From sequence record DRR723986_9826: DNA of 35,014 nt; one strand, 5' to 3'. A program made the translations under genes and the position numbers. Under the pieces are notes generated by a model. It was not told the origin of the DNA. It saw nothing but the letters and a program-made list of their open reading frames with translations, and did no database searches. This document shows, piece after piece, positions 17,850 to 30,091 of the stretch (positions are counted from its first letter, which is position 1; each line of letters begins with the position of its first letter).

Positions 17850-18446
17850 CTAGGAAGAGTACTCAGCGCTGAAGAACGACTTGCTGTCGTCTACAGTCGG
17901 CTTGATCGTTCGAGCGCCTTCTTTCCAGTTCGCTGGGCAGACTTCGCCGTTTTGCTCGAAGAACTGAAGAGCTTGGACCATTCGGAGAGCTTCATCTACG
18001 CTTCGACCCAGTGGCAAGTCGTTGACGACTTGGTGACGTACGACGCCTTCTTTGTCGATCAGGAACAATCCCCGAAGTGCAATGCAGTCGTCGCAAGTGA
18101 TGACGTCATAGTCGCGAGCAATCTGCTTGCTTAGGTCGGCAACAAGCGGGTACTCGATCTGCCCCAATCCGCCTTGGTCACGTGGCGTGTTTCGCCAAGC
18201 AAGGTGCGAGAAGTGGCTATCAACGCTGACGCCAATCAATTGCACGCCAGCATCTGCAAACTCTTTCTGGCGATCAGAAAAAGCGATGATTTCGGTTGGG
18301 CAAACGAAGGTAAAATCAAGCGGGTAGAAGAAGAGTATGACGTACTTGCCCTTGTAATCCGCCAGCGAGATTTCCTTGAAAGAACCGTCTTCCATCACGG
18401 CCTGTGCTTTGAACTCAGGGGCTGGCTTGGTAACCAATACGCTCAT
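17850..18446 (-). CDS. ahpC: Typical 2-Cys peroxiredoxin (AhpC/Prx1)
   Basis: [17 protein letters not shown] and EVCPANW motifs; start moved to ATG 18446, which has a GGGAG RBS. Confidence 0.95.
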   Translation of the reverse strand: MSVLVTKPAPEFKAQAVMEDGSFKEISLADYKGKYVILFFYPLDFTFVCPTEIIAFSDRQKEFADAGVQLIGVSVDSHFSHLAWRNTPRDQGGLGQIEYPLVADLSKQIARDYDVITCDDCIALRGLFLIDKEGVVRHQVVNDLPLGRSVDEALRMVQALQFFEQNGEVCPANWKEGARTIKPTVDDSKSFFSAEYSS

Positions 18447-18867
18447 TGTTTTACTCCCGTTTAGACTAAATAACTGTATTGTCTTCGCAAATGCAGTGTC
18501 GGCAGATTGCAGGCGGCGAACTAGGCCGCAGCCTTGGCCCCTGCTCTTCGTCGAAATTGCAGTCTGTAAATGTGGCGGCGAAGCTAAGCTTGCCGCGCGA
18601 TTGTTCGTTTTCCTTGCGATTATGGCTTCGCAGTGGATGCTGATGTGGATTTGCGACGCCGTGTCGCATTGGTCCTTGAGCAGCAGCATTTAGCGTATCA
18701 AACTATACGCGTATGACGACCCGAGACGCCGCAAACGCCGAAAATCGACAGAGAATCACAAATCGAGATTGGCCGGTTTAAGTTGTCGGCGATTGCGGTT
18801 CTCTATACTCTGTGGCAGCGTTGTCACTTCTGCCCGCCAATTCATGATCCAAGCCAAGGTAGTTTGA

Positions 18868-20058
18868 ATGCTTTCCCGAATTACAGCTCGATTAAGTCAG
18901 CATCTTCGCACACTGCCCAGCCAAGTCGCGGCGATCGCGCTCTGTTTGGCTTCCTCAATTGCTCTTGGGCAAGAAGCTGAGTTCGACAAGTTCGGCGGCT
19001 TGAAGTCGATGAGCTTCGAGGCGACGGGTTTCTTTCGAATCGACGAGAGCGACGGGCGGTTCTTTCTCGTAACTCCCGAAGGACACGGTTACCGAGCACT
19101 CGGCATCAACCATTTTCACAATATGTCCTCCCGGGACTATGACGGGACGATTGAGCAAGTGAAGTCATGGGGCTTCAACGCGGGGTGCTATCAGGGGCCG
19201 CGTTGGATGTGGAAGCGATTTCCGTATACCAAGGGCATTAATCTGGTACCGGTTTGTGTTTGGAAATCCGCGTCAGATTTTGCTTACAAAGACGTCTTCG
19301 ATCCAGCGGTTCTGGAAGAGATGGAGGTTGCTGTTCGCAAGATCGTCGAACCGCAGGCCGAGAATAAAATGTTGATCGGTTACTTCTGGACCGACATTCC
19401 GATTTGGAAGCGAACCAGAGACGGTGGATGGCTAGGTTTTTACAAGTCGCTTCCGGAGGATTCCGCGGGAGGCAAGATCTGGCGGACTTGGAAGGCTGAG
19501 CATGCTGACGCATCGGAGAGCGAATTCATCACCGTCATCGCAAAGCAGCTTTACGCCAAGGGCCATGAGTTCGTTCGGAAGTACGACAGCAACCATTTGA
19601 TTTTGGGTGATCGATATCACGAGATTGATATGCCCGAAGAGATCGTTCGCGAAGCCCTGCCCTACTTAGATGCCATCGCGGTGCAGCCCACGAGTCGACA
19701 GTTTAACTTTGACTTCTTCGACGAAGTATTTGCCAAGTACGGCAAGCCGATCTATATCGCCGATCACGTCAGTTCGTTTGCAACCGAAGAGTATCCTGTG
19801 ACCATGGGCCAAGCTGCAAAAAGTTCTGAAGACTACGGAGCATACTACAAGCGGTATGTTACTGCCGCGCTGTCTCGCCCGTACATGATTGGTTATAACA
19901 AATGCCAGTACCAGGATCAGCCAACGCCCAAACTGCTCAAGCAAGGCATGGTGAAGGCCAATGAGCAGCCGTATCCGATCATCGATCATGTTCGGCAAGC
20001 AAATGCTCAAGCCCTTGAGCACGCCTACAAGGGAACTCAACCGACGAAAACTGATTGA
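18868..20058 (+). CDS. Secreted glycoside hydrolase-like protein related to GH50 beta-agarases
   Basis: Signal peptide; ATGFFRI...RFFLVTPEG...GINH, WGFN, DVFDP, LIGYF and YDSNHLILGDRY segments. Confidence 0.65.
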   Translation: MLSRITARLSQHLRTLPSQVAAIALCLASSIALGQEAEFDKFGGLKSMSFEATGFFRIDESDGRFFLVTPEGHGYRALGINHFHNMSSRDYDGTIEQVKSWGFNAGCYQGPRWMWKRFPYTKGINLVPVCVWKSASDFAYKDVFDPAVLEEMEVAVRKIVEPQAENKMLIGYFWTDIPIWKRTRDGGWLGFYKSLPEDSAGGKIWRTWKAEHADASESEFITVIAKQLYAKGHEFVRKYDSNHLILGDRYHEIDMPEEIVREALPYLDAIAVQPTSRQFNFDFFDEVFAKYGKPIYIADHVSSFATEEYPVTMGQAAKSSEDYGAYYKRYVTAALSRPYMIGYNKCQYQDQPTPKLLKQGMVKANEQPYPIIDHVRQANAQALEHAYKGTQPTKTD

Positions 20059-20177
20059 TCTAGCGCATCACCGCGAGGCCGATTCTTGCTAGGCCAATTT
20101 GGTTTTGAGCCGATTGGGTTTTGAGCCGCCTCTGTTCTGGGACCATTGGTTTTCTATAGGCGGTTTCTGCAGTGCGG

Positions 20178-20555
20178 CTAGTCTTTCGCGATGCTTGCGG
20201 GAGCATCACCCTCGCTGCCAGGGTACTTGGCTCGGTTCTTAACCATCTTTTGGCTAATAGCTTGCGACAGGTCGATGTCCAGCGCATTGGCCAGTGCCAG
20301 TGCATAGCAGACGACGTCGGAGAGCTCTTCTTCAACATCGTGGAGATTGTATCCAGACTTCGATTCAACTTGCTCCGTCGTCAGCCACTGGAAATGCTCC
20401 ATCAGCTCTCCAGCCTCGACCGTCATCGCCATGCTCAGGTTTTTGGCGTTGTGATACTGCTGCCAGTTTCGTTCCGAAACAAATTCTCGTACAGTCCGCT
20501 TCAAATCGGTAACGCTGGTTTGATCGTCACTTGCGTTCGAATCCAATTCATTCAC
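20178..20555 (-). CDS. MazG-like nucleotide pyrophosphohydrolase (dCTP pyrophosphatase 1-like)
   Basis: RNWQQYHNAKNLSMAMTVEAGELMEHFQW...EELSDV...KMVKNRAKYP. Confidence 0.92.
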   Translation of the reverse strand: MNELDSNASDDQTSVTDLKRTVREFVSERNWQQYHNAKNLSMAMTVEAGELMEHFQWLTTEQVESKSGYNLHDVEEELSDVVCYALALANALDIDLSQAISQKMVKNRAKYPGSEGDAPASIAKD

Positions 20556-20600
20556 CGGATATTCCTCGTTTCCGCGTGGCGGCTAAATGCTCAAAAATGA

Positions 20601-21392
20601 TCAGTCGACTTTGGGGGCAATGATATGGCTGGTGAGGGCATCTCGAAGCGGATCAAACTGCTCGCCAGCAAGTCCCATGTGGAGATGACGCCGCCATCCT
20701 TCTGCGGGCCCTTCGTATCCTACAATTTGACCAACTTCGTGGCCCAGTTGCACCATGGAGTCAACGTAGGAGCCCATGCCTTGCGTCGCGTCCAACCAGT
20801 CTGCTTGGCTTGCATGCAGCGTCAGCAGATCGCGTTTCTGCCGCATCAGCTCGCGAATATCAACTGCGAAATCAGGCGTGACTAATTCTCGCATCGGAGT
20901 ACGGTTTCCGTGCGGGTGCGCGTGGTAGACCGCGATGTCATTTTCTATCGGTGCAGCGTCTGGATCTGAATCAAAATTCGGGACACCTCGAGCGAAAGCA
21001 CCAAAGACGGCGAGTCGACAGGCGTTCTGGTGGTCTTCCATGTAGTCCGAAGGCGCATGAGTCAGGATGATTGATGGTGCCGCTTTGCGAACGACGGCAA
21101 GCACCTTTCTCATCAGCGGCAATGAATAGAAGATCTCAAGGTCGTTGCAAACGGGGGCGTAGAAAGTTGCGTTCACCTGCTTGGCTGCCTGTTGGGCTTC
21201 CTCCAGACGTACCGCCGCTATCTGTTCGGGCGGCATGTCCATGGATCCACAACACCCGTTTGCAACATTAAAGTAGTGCAAGTTCCAGCCGGCATCTCTC
21301 AGACGCATCATGGTGCCTGCCATGACAAATTCGATGTCGTCGGGATGGGCAGCGATGGCCAGGACGGATCGGTTATTGGTTTGTCGAGTCAT
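20601..21392 (-). CDS. PIG-L/LmbE-family Zn deacetylase
   Basis: AHPDDIE, RLEEA, ILTH...DYMEDH and HASQ motifs; start at ATG 21392. Confidence 0.9.
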   Translation of the reverse strand: MTRQTNNRSVLAIAAHPDDIEFVMAGTMMRLRDAGWNLHYFNVANGCCGSMDMPPEQIAAVRLEEAQQAAKQVNATFYAPVCNDLEIFYSLPLMRKVLAVVRKAAPSIILTHAPSDYMEDHQNACRLAVFGAFARGVPNFDSDPDAAPIENDIAVYHAHPHGNRTPMRELVTPDFAVDIRELMRQKRDLLTLHASQADWLDATQGMGSYVDSMVQLGHEVGQIVGYEGPAEGWRRHLHMGLAGEQFDPLRDALTSHIIAPKVD

Positions 21393-21495
21393 GACACGAT
21401 CAATTCGCAGCGTTAGCGATGCCCGCAGGGCAACAAAAAATGGCCGGTGGATATCATCCATCGGCCAAAGGAATTTTCGGTGCTGTGCTAGCAGC

Positions 21496-21924
21496 CTAGT
21501 TGACTACTTCGCCGGCGAAGTCGATGTCTTTCAGTGCTGCCAGAGCTTGGCTGGAATCGAAATCGCTTGAAAGCTTCAGTTCGACAACAGGTAGCTTGAT
21601 GGTTCCAGCGTCGGTGCCTTCTGGCTGCTGAGCAAGCTGAACGGCTTCAACGCCCGGTTGGCTTTCCAGCGTTTCCTTCACCTTCGGGAAGCAGGAGAAT
21701 GGGCACATCATGTTCTCAACGCGGATGCTGGTGTCTGCAACGAAGCGAACTGAGCCCATTTCGCCGCCCATGCTCATCTCTGCGCCGGTCGTACCGCTAC
21801 CGGTTGTGGCATCGCCAGTCGTGCCGCTGGAAGGTGTGATTGTTGGAATAATGTCTTCTGGCTCGTCGCAACCAACAAAACCCAAAGTGCAGGAAAGCAT
21901 CAAAGTAAGTGCAAACCAACGCAT
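21496..21924 (-). CDS. Lipoprotein with a heavy-metal-associated (HMA) domain
   Basis: Lipobox FVGC; Thr/Gly linker; IRVENMMCPFSCFPKVKETLESQPGVEAV is HMA-like. Confidence 0.78.
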   Translation of the reverse strand: MRWFALTLMLSCTLGFVGCDEPEDIIPTITPSSGTTGDATTGSGTTGAEMSMGGEMGSVRFVADTSIRVENMMCPFSCFPKVKETLESQPGVEAVQLAQQPEGTDAGTIKLPVVELKLSSDFDSSQALAALKDIDFAGEVVN

Positions 21925-22083
21925 GCCAATTCTCCGTCGAAGTCGTGTTAAATAGTCTTAAAACGTCACGTGCGCATCGGAGCGGACGTGATAATTTCGC
22001 GTACAGTTAGAACCATAGAAGGTTCCGGTGGGGACGAGCGATTCAAATGCGAAAGGCTGAGAAAGCTCCGCTCGAGTCCCTCT

Positions 22084-22111
22084 ATTCTAGGATCGATTCC
22101 AGCATTATCAA
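22084..22111 (-). promoter_or_regulatory. Sigma70-like promoter for the HMA lipoprotein gene
   Basis: TTGATA-N16-TAGAAT on the minus strand. Confidence 0.45.
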
Positions 22112-22251
22112 AGACCCTGGCAAAAACCGTTTTATTCTTGGCTGAGACAATTATTTGCCGATTTGTCTCGGTCCTGACGGCTTTTTCACCCCCTGGCCGG
22201 ACTCTCGCGATTGGCTGTCTGAGCCGACAGTTGGGGAGAAAATTTTTGAGC

Positions 22252-23340
22252 CTACGACGCAATCTTGGCAAGTCGCGTGGCAAGACGGATCGCAGACTGA
22301 AAACTCCCAGGATCGGCAATACCTTGCCAAGCGATGTCGAAAGCGGTGCCGTGATCGACGCTGGTGCGAATAACAGGTAGCCCCAAAGTTGTGTTTACGG
22401 CACTATCGAAGGCCAACGCCTTGAGCGGTATGTGACCTTGGTCGTGGTACATACAAACCGCCGCATCCATCTCCGCTCTTCGAGCTGGAACAAATACGGT
22501 GTCCGGAGGAAAAGGGCCCTGCACTTTGCATCCAGACTCTCTGGCCAGCTCAATGGCGGGAGCAATAACCGTCTCTTCCTCTTTGTGGCCAAAAAGACCA
22601 CCTTCGCCAGCGTGAGGGTTCAGTCCACAAACTAAGATTCTCGGCGGTCGATCAAGCAGACGTGACATAGCATGATGCGTAAGCTCGATCGTGTCCAAAA
22701 CTTTCTGAACGGTTAGAAGTTTGGGGACTTCTGAATAGCCGCAGTGGACGGTTACAAACGTACAAGTCACTACAGACGAGTACTGCATCATGCACCAACG
22801 CTCTGCCTCGGTCCGCTCTGCAAAGATCTCCGTGTGCCCAGGAAACTTCAGGCCTGCCGCGTGGAGGGCAGCTTTGTTGATCGGGCCGGTGACCACGCCC
22901 TCAACTTGCTTATCCAGGCACATTGCAATTGACTTTTCGACGAACTCGTAGGCAGCCCGCCCACAGTTTGCTTGAACCTCGCCAATCGAAAAATCGCCCT
23001 CAACAGGAATATCGACAATTCCCGGCGAAGCGATTGTTGTAAGGTCTCCGCTGCTTGTCGCAGAAGACACGTCCACAAGCGCTGGCATCGGGAGCGACAA
23101 TCGCTCAGCACATCGATTGAGTGTGCGTTTGCAACCAACAACTAGCGGCACTGCACCCTGAGGGACCGCACCCTGAGGGACTGCACCCTGACGAATTTCG
23201 CCATGCGTGATTTCGCCACCATCGTCCGTACCTGGGGATTCCCAAAGCTCCGGCGTCGACAAGACTTTGAGCATTAGCTCCGGTCCAACGCCGGAAGGGT
23301 CGCCCATCGTCAAGACAATTCTCGGTTTACGCGGCGACAA
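22252..23340 (-). CDS. pdxA: 4-hydroxythreonine-4-phosphate dehydrogenase PdxA
   Basis: TMGDPSGVGPE, TGPINK, FPGHTE, GLNPHAGEGG, MYHDQGHIP and RTSVDHGTAFDIAW motifs; TTG 23340 has an AGGAG RBS (the ORF extends to 23385). Confidence 0.95.
   Translation of the reverse strand: MSPRKPRIVLTMGDPSGVGPELMLKVLSTPELWESPGTDDGGEITHGEIRQGAVPQGAVPQGAVPLVVGCKRTLNRCAERLSLPMPALVDVSSATSSGDLTTIASPGIVDIPVEGDFSIGEVQANCGRAAYEFVEKSIAMCLDKQVEGVVTGPINKAALHAAGLKFPGHTEIFAERTEAERWCMMQYSSVVTCTFVTVHCGYSEVPKLLTVQKVLDTIELTHHAMSRLLDRPPRILVCGLNPHAGEGGLFGHKEEETVIAPAIELARESGCKVQGPFPPDTVFVPARRAEMDAAVCMYHDQGHIPLKALAFDSAVNTTLGLPVIRTSVDHGTAFDIAWQGIADPGSFQSAIRLATRLAKIAS
23147..23191. repeat. In-frame 3x15-bp tandem repeat inside pdxA (QGAVP x3)
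   Basis: GGCACTGCACCCTGA / GGGACCGCACCCTGA / GGGACTGCACCCTGA. Confidence 0.9.
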
Positions 23341-23588
23341 AATGATTTGCTCCTGCTCAGGCAAGTCCAGCAGTCGAGCTGGCAACGCTGTACCTGGGCT
23401 ACAGTGTCTAGCTCGCGAGAGTGTGGTTAATCTGGACCATTAGCCGAGCGGTGGTGGCGGTTGTATACTTAATCGGCGTTACGTTGCGACGCGAAGAAGT
23501 GGTAGCTAGTTGCGGCGTCAGTTGAGCACCGTCGCTGGCCGATCCATCTCGCTGGCAAAAGTTTGGCACAGGTTCAAAGGTTTTCAAG

Positions 23589-23996
23589 ATGGCTGCAGTA
23601 CAGATGCATCTCGCTCGCATCATTATTAGCGAGATTAGTGACAATCAAGTCATCTATCTGCAAGAGGTCGGCGGTGAACGCCAGTTTCCGATCTTGATCG
23701 GAATTTTTGAAGCGACCAGCATCGATCGCCGCGTCAAGGACGGTTACGCTCCTCCGCGTCCGTTGACGCACGACTTGATCGTGTCCCTAACGAAGCAATT
23801 GGGCACGGAAATAGACAGTGTGGAAATCAGCGAACTGCAGGAACACACCTACTTTGCCAAATTGAAGTTGAAGAAAGATGGCGAGACAATCGAAGTGGAC
23901 GCTCGTCCCAGCGATGCGATCGCGGTCGCTGTAACCTACGATCCACCGCTGCCGATCTATGTCGCCGAGGAAGTGCTAGAGAAAGCAGTGCTCTAG
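23589..23996 (+). CDS. Bifunctional nuclease family protein (DUF151)
   Basis: FPILIGIFEATSI, PRPLTHDL, DARPSDAIAVA and PIYVAEEVL motifs. Confidence 0.93.
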   Translation: MAAVQMHLARIIISEISDNQVIYLQEVGGERQFPILIGIFEATSIDRRVKDGYAPPRPLTHDLIVSLTKQLGTEIDSVEISELQEHTYFAKLKLKKDGETIEVDARPSDAIAVAVTYDPPLPIYVAEEVLEKAVL

Positions 23997-24040
23997 CATT
24001 TGCTGGTGCTCTTGCTGGGCAGGCTGCACTAATCGACGCT

Positions 24041-26056
24041 CTACTTGATAATTCTCAGTCGCGGACGACAAGAGCGAATGAGGGCAAATTGGCCGTCAGG
24101 TGATAACTCAACTAGAACTCGGCCAACTTCTGACGCATCGTTTGCCTTCGGCGTCAATTCACGCAATTCGCTTTGCCATTGCTCCACGGTTTTTCCATCC
24201 GCTGGAAGAACATACGATTGCACTTGTGATCGGTAGGCTTCGGTGGATGTTAGCCAAATCGTCTGTTCATTGATGATGGCAATTTCTAAATGGAAGAGGA
24301 TAGCGTAGTCCGTTAGTACGCGAGCGGCGGGGCGACCGTGTGTAACAACCGCTTCAGTTTCTGAGGGCCCGAGGCCAATTTCGCGGACGCTGGCCCAGTC
24401 GATCCACACATCAAGACCTGCTTGACGGCCGACCCTCGAAAGCACTTGGCCGACAGGTCGTGACTGTCCCGAGACGATTGATGTTTCCTTGGCCAGACCG
24501 GCCACTTCAGGTTCACGTAGGAACCGCGTTGCCAGCAGGTCGCCGGTTGCGGTTCCCAGTTTCGCCGCCCGCAGCGAACGGACTAGGCGAGCGATTTCGA
24601 TCCAGGTCGTAACGTCCGTCTCGCGGTCATCAAACGATAATTCCCCGTCATTGATACTCAGTTTACCTGCCGCATCGGGGAACCAGGTCTCTAGAACCGT
24701 CATCAGCCACGATTGGTCCGCTTCGTCTACGACTCCGGCGAGAGGCAGTGTTTGAGGCAGATTTGACTGGATGGCCTCCGGAGTTGGACGCAGTATGACA
24801 TGACTGTCGTTCATCGGGACCGGGACCAACTTCAACGCGTCTGCGAACGCCTTAAGGTATTCCCCCAAGGTGACATTCTGTACCCTGGGCAACGCAATGG
24901 CTTGATTAGTCTCAAGGCCCGCGGCAGCGAACAGTTCAAAGTCGATCGTTGTTGGAACACCGCTCAAGTGCGTCCAGGTGTTTAACCACTGATTTAGCGG
25001 GATCGACTTAGTGGTGAGGACAATGCCACCGAGAGTAGCTTCCAGTTGAGTGGCGATATCGATCGGTTGCAGCGGAGGACGGGTGATGCTTGAGCGCAGC
25101 CCGAGCTCCTCGGCCGTAACGGGTGGCTCCGTAGGTAACACAGATTCGTCAGGAATCTGTGGATTGATCCTTACGTCAAGGATGCTGCTCAGCCGTTCGA
25201 ATTCCGCATTGCCGGCCCCAAGTGCCGCCTCCTCCGCCGCTGCATCGTCGCTTGCATCACTTCCGCTATCCGTGTTGTCGTCTGCGCCCGCTGCGGCAAA
25301 GTTCGCCGGATCATCTTCTGCTGCATCACCATTGATTGGTTCGTTAGTCCCCAGGACCGGTAAATCTGTTTGAATAGAACCGTTTGATTGCGAGGAGTCG
25401 AGATCGGAGGCTGCAGCCGATTCGGGATCAAGCGGATCTTGCTGGCCAACTGCCTGCCCGTCAGAATCGGTGCTGGCATCTGTGCCAGGATCGGTACCAG
25501 CTTCCGCCGCGTTTTGTGGGGCGTTATCAGTTGCCTGCGTATCAGTGGCGTTGGAAGCTTCAGCGACGTCGGGTTTCTGAGCCGGTTTGTTGTACCAAGA
25601 GAGAAACGCGAAGAAGCCGCCGACTGCAAGGAGCAGGCCGGTGAAACCGAGGACGCCGACCAAGAGGTATTGCTTCGTCCGGTTCGACGACTGGCTTGTC
25701 CAATCTTCGGTTGGCACCAAGGGAGCCTCGGCAGGCTGCCAGCTACTAACCGACTCCTCGAACGCATCGCCTTCCGAACTAGCCGCGGCAGGCGGAGAGG
25801 TCTCGGGAGCAAGTCGATAGTCGTCCTGATCGTCGACCGGTGGTCTTTCCTCGACCGATGCCGGGATCGACTCACGCGTCAGCGCAGACGAATCCGCTGC
25901 GAACTCACCTTGATTCGATGCATCATCCTGGCTCGGTGGCGCAATTTGCAACAGTGACTGACACTTGGGACAGTTTGCAATCTGCCCAATCAGCCCCGCA
26001 TTCTTGATGCGAATACTGCTGCCGCATGTTGGGCATTGGATGACGAATGGTTCCAA
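24041..26056 (-). CDS. Hypothetical membrane protein: N-terminal Zn ribbon, 1 TM helix, acidic linkers, STN-like C-terminal repeats
   Basis: CPTC...CPKC; TM YLLVGVLGFTGLLLAVGGFFAFLSW; two similar C-terminal modules. Confidence 0.7.
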   Translation of the reverse strand: MEPFVIQCPTCGSSIRIKNAGLIGQIANCPKCQSLLQIAPPSQDDASNQGEFAADSSALTRESIPASVEERPPVDDQDDYRLAPETSPPAAASSEGDAFEESVSSWQPAEAPLVPTEDWTSQSSNRTKQYLLVGVLGFTGLLLAVGGFFAFLSWYNKPAQKPDVAEASNATDTQATDNAPQNAAEAGTDPGTDASTDSDGQAVGQQDPLDPESAAASDLDSSQSNGSIQTDLPVLGTNEPINGDAAEDDPANFAAAGADDNTDSGSDASDDAAAEEAALGAGNAEFERLSSILDVRINPQIPDESVLPTEPPVTAEELGLRSSITRPPLQPIDIATQLEATLGGIVLTTKSIPLNQWLNTWTHLSGVPTTIDFELFAAAGLETNQAIALPRVQNVTLGEYLKAFADALKLVPVPMNDSHVILRPTPEAIQSNLPQTLPLAGVVDEADQSWLMTVLETWFPDAAGKLSINDGELSFDDRETDVTTWIEIARLVRSLRAAKLGTATGDLLATRFLREPEVAGLAKETSIVSGQSRPVGQVLSRVGRQAGLDVWIDWASVREIGLGPSETEAVVTHGRPAARVLTDYAILFHLEIAIINEQTIWLTSTEAYRSQVQSYVLPADGKTVEQWQSELRELTPKANDASEVGRVLVELSPDGQFALIRSCRPRLRIIK

Positions 26057-26515
26057 AAGGTGTGCCTTTTCTTAGGTGCCAATGCAACGGACCATTCCGG
26101 TTGGTCTCAAAGAGCTGACGCCTGTTCTGTTCGGTCAGTTCCTGATCTGTTATTCGCGTGGGCGATTTTCACCCCACTGGCGGCGGTTGGCCGCCTACAT
26201 TGCTCTGCATCCCTGCTGCATCCATCATATTTTATGCCAAAGCGGTGAAATCTTCAGCACACCGATTCCGCAATATCAACGTACGCTCCAGCTTCAACCG
26301 GATCGGTCCTAGCGGTTGGAAGGCCTGAAACGCTGTCGATTCTCGTTTAGCACCAATCGTGTAGCACCAAGCATCATCGCACACAAAACCGCTTGGGCTT
26401 GCTCTTCTGCGACGCTTGGGCAAAATTTCGACGCTGAGTGGAATCGAAGCCGTTGGCTTCCGCCTGTCTTCGAGCCGAGGCCCTTTACGAAAATACGATC
26501 CCCAATAGGTCAGAT

Positions 26516-27079
26516 ATGCTTGCCAAAGAAATGAAGTCAGGTGCTGTCGTCGTTGAAAATGACGTCCCACTAATCATTGAAAGTGTCACGGTACAGTCGC
26601 CAAGTGCTCGAGGGGCGTCGACGCTCTACAAATTTAGAGCTCGAAATCTGATCACGAAGCAAAAGGTCGATTTGACGCTCAAGGGGACGGATAACCTACC
26701 CGAAGCGGACTTTCGCAAGCGGCTGGTGAAGATGATGTACAAAGATGCCGAAGCGCTGCATCTGATGGATGAAGAGGACTACAACCAGTATTCGATATCG
26801 TTGACGGATGCAGAAGACGCGCTGAAGTATTTTACCGAAGAGCTAGAAGGCGCGTTTGCTCTGATCTATCAAGACGAATGTGTCGGGCTGCAATTGCCGT
26901 CGACCGTTGAGCTAAACATTCAGGAGTGCGACCCAGCCATCCGTGGCAACAGTGCAACCGCTCGAACCAAGTCCGCTCAGCTAGAAACCGGAATACAGGT
27001 GCAAGTGCCTGAGTATATCAAGCAGGGCGAACGCATCAAAGTGGACACCAGAACGGGCGAGTTCCTCGGTCGAGCCTAG
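26516..27079 (+). CDS. yeiP: Elongation factor P-like protein EfpL/YeiP
   Basis: KOW loop SPSARGASTLYK is YeiP type rather than PGKG; C-terminal LETGIQVQVPEYIKQGERIKVDTRTGEFLGRA; start at ATG 26516. Confidence 0.88.
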   Translation: MLAKEMKSGAVVVENDVPLIIESVTVQSPSARGASTLYKFRARNLITKQKVDLTLKGTDNLPEADFRKRLVKMMYKDAEALHLMDEEDYNQYSISLTDAEDALKYFTEELEGAFALIYQDECVGLQLPSTVELNIQECDPAIRGNSATARTKSAQLETGIQVQVPEYIKQGERIKVDTRTGEFLGRA

Positions 27080-27136
27080 GCGACCCGGCCGCAACGAAGT
27101 CGTCGGCGTCGGTGAACAGATTCTTCTCGCGAGCAC

Positions 27137-30091
<2,955 letters not shown>

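Noticed and set aside
26225..26241. Minus-strand TTGGCATAAAATATGA as a sigma54 promoter
   Set aside because: The -12 element is ATGA rather than TTGC; too weak to call
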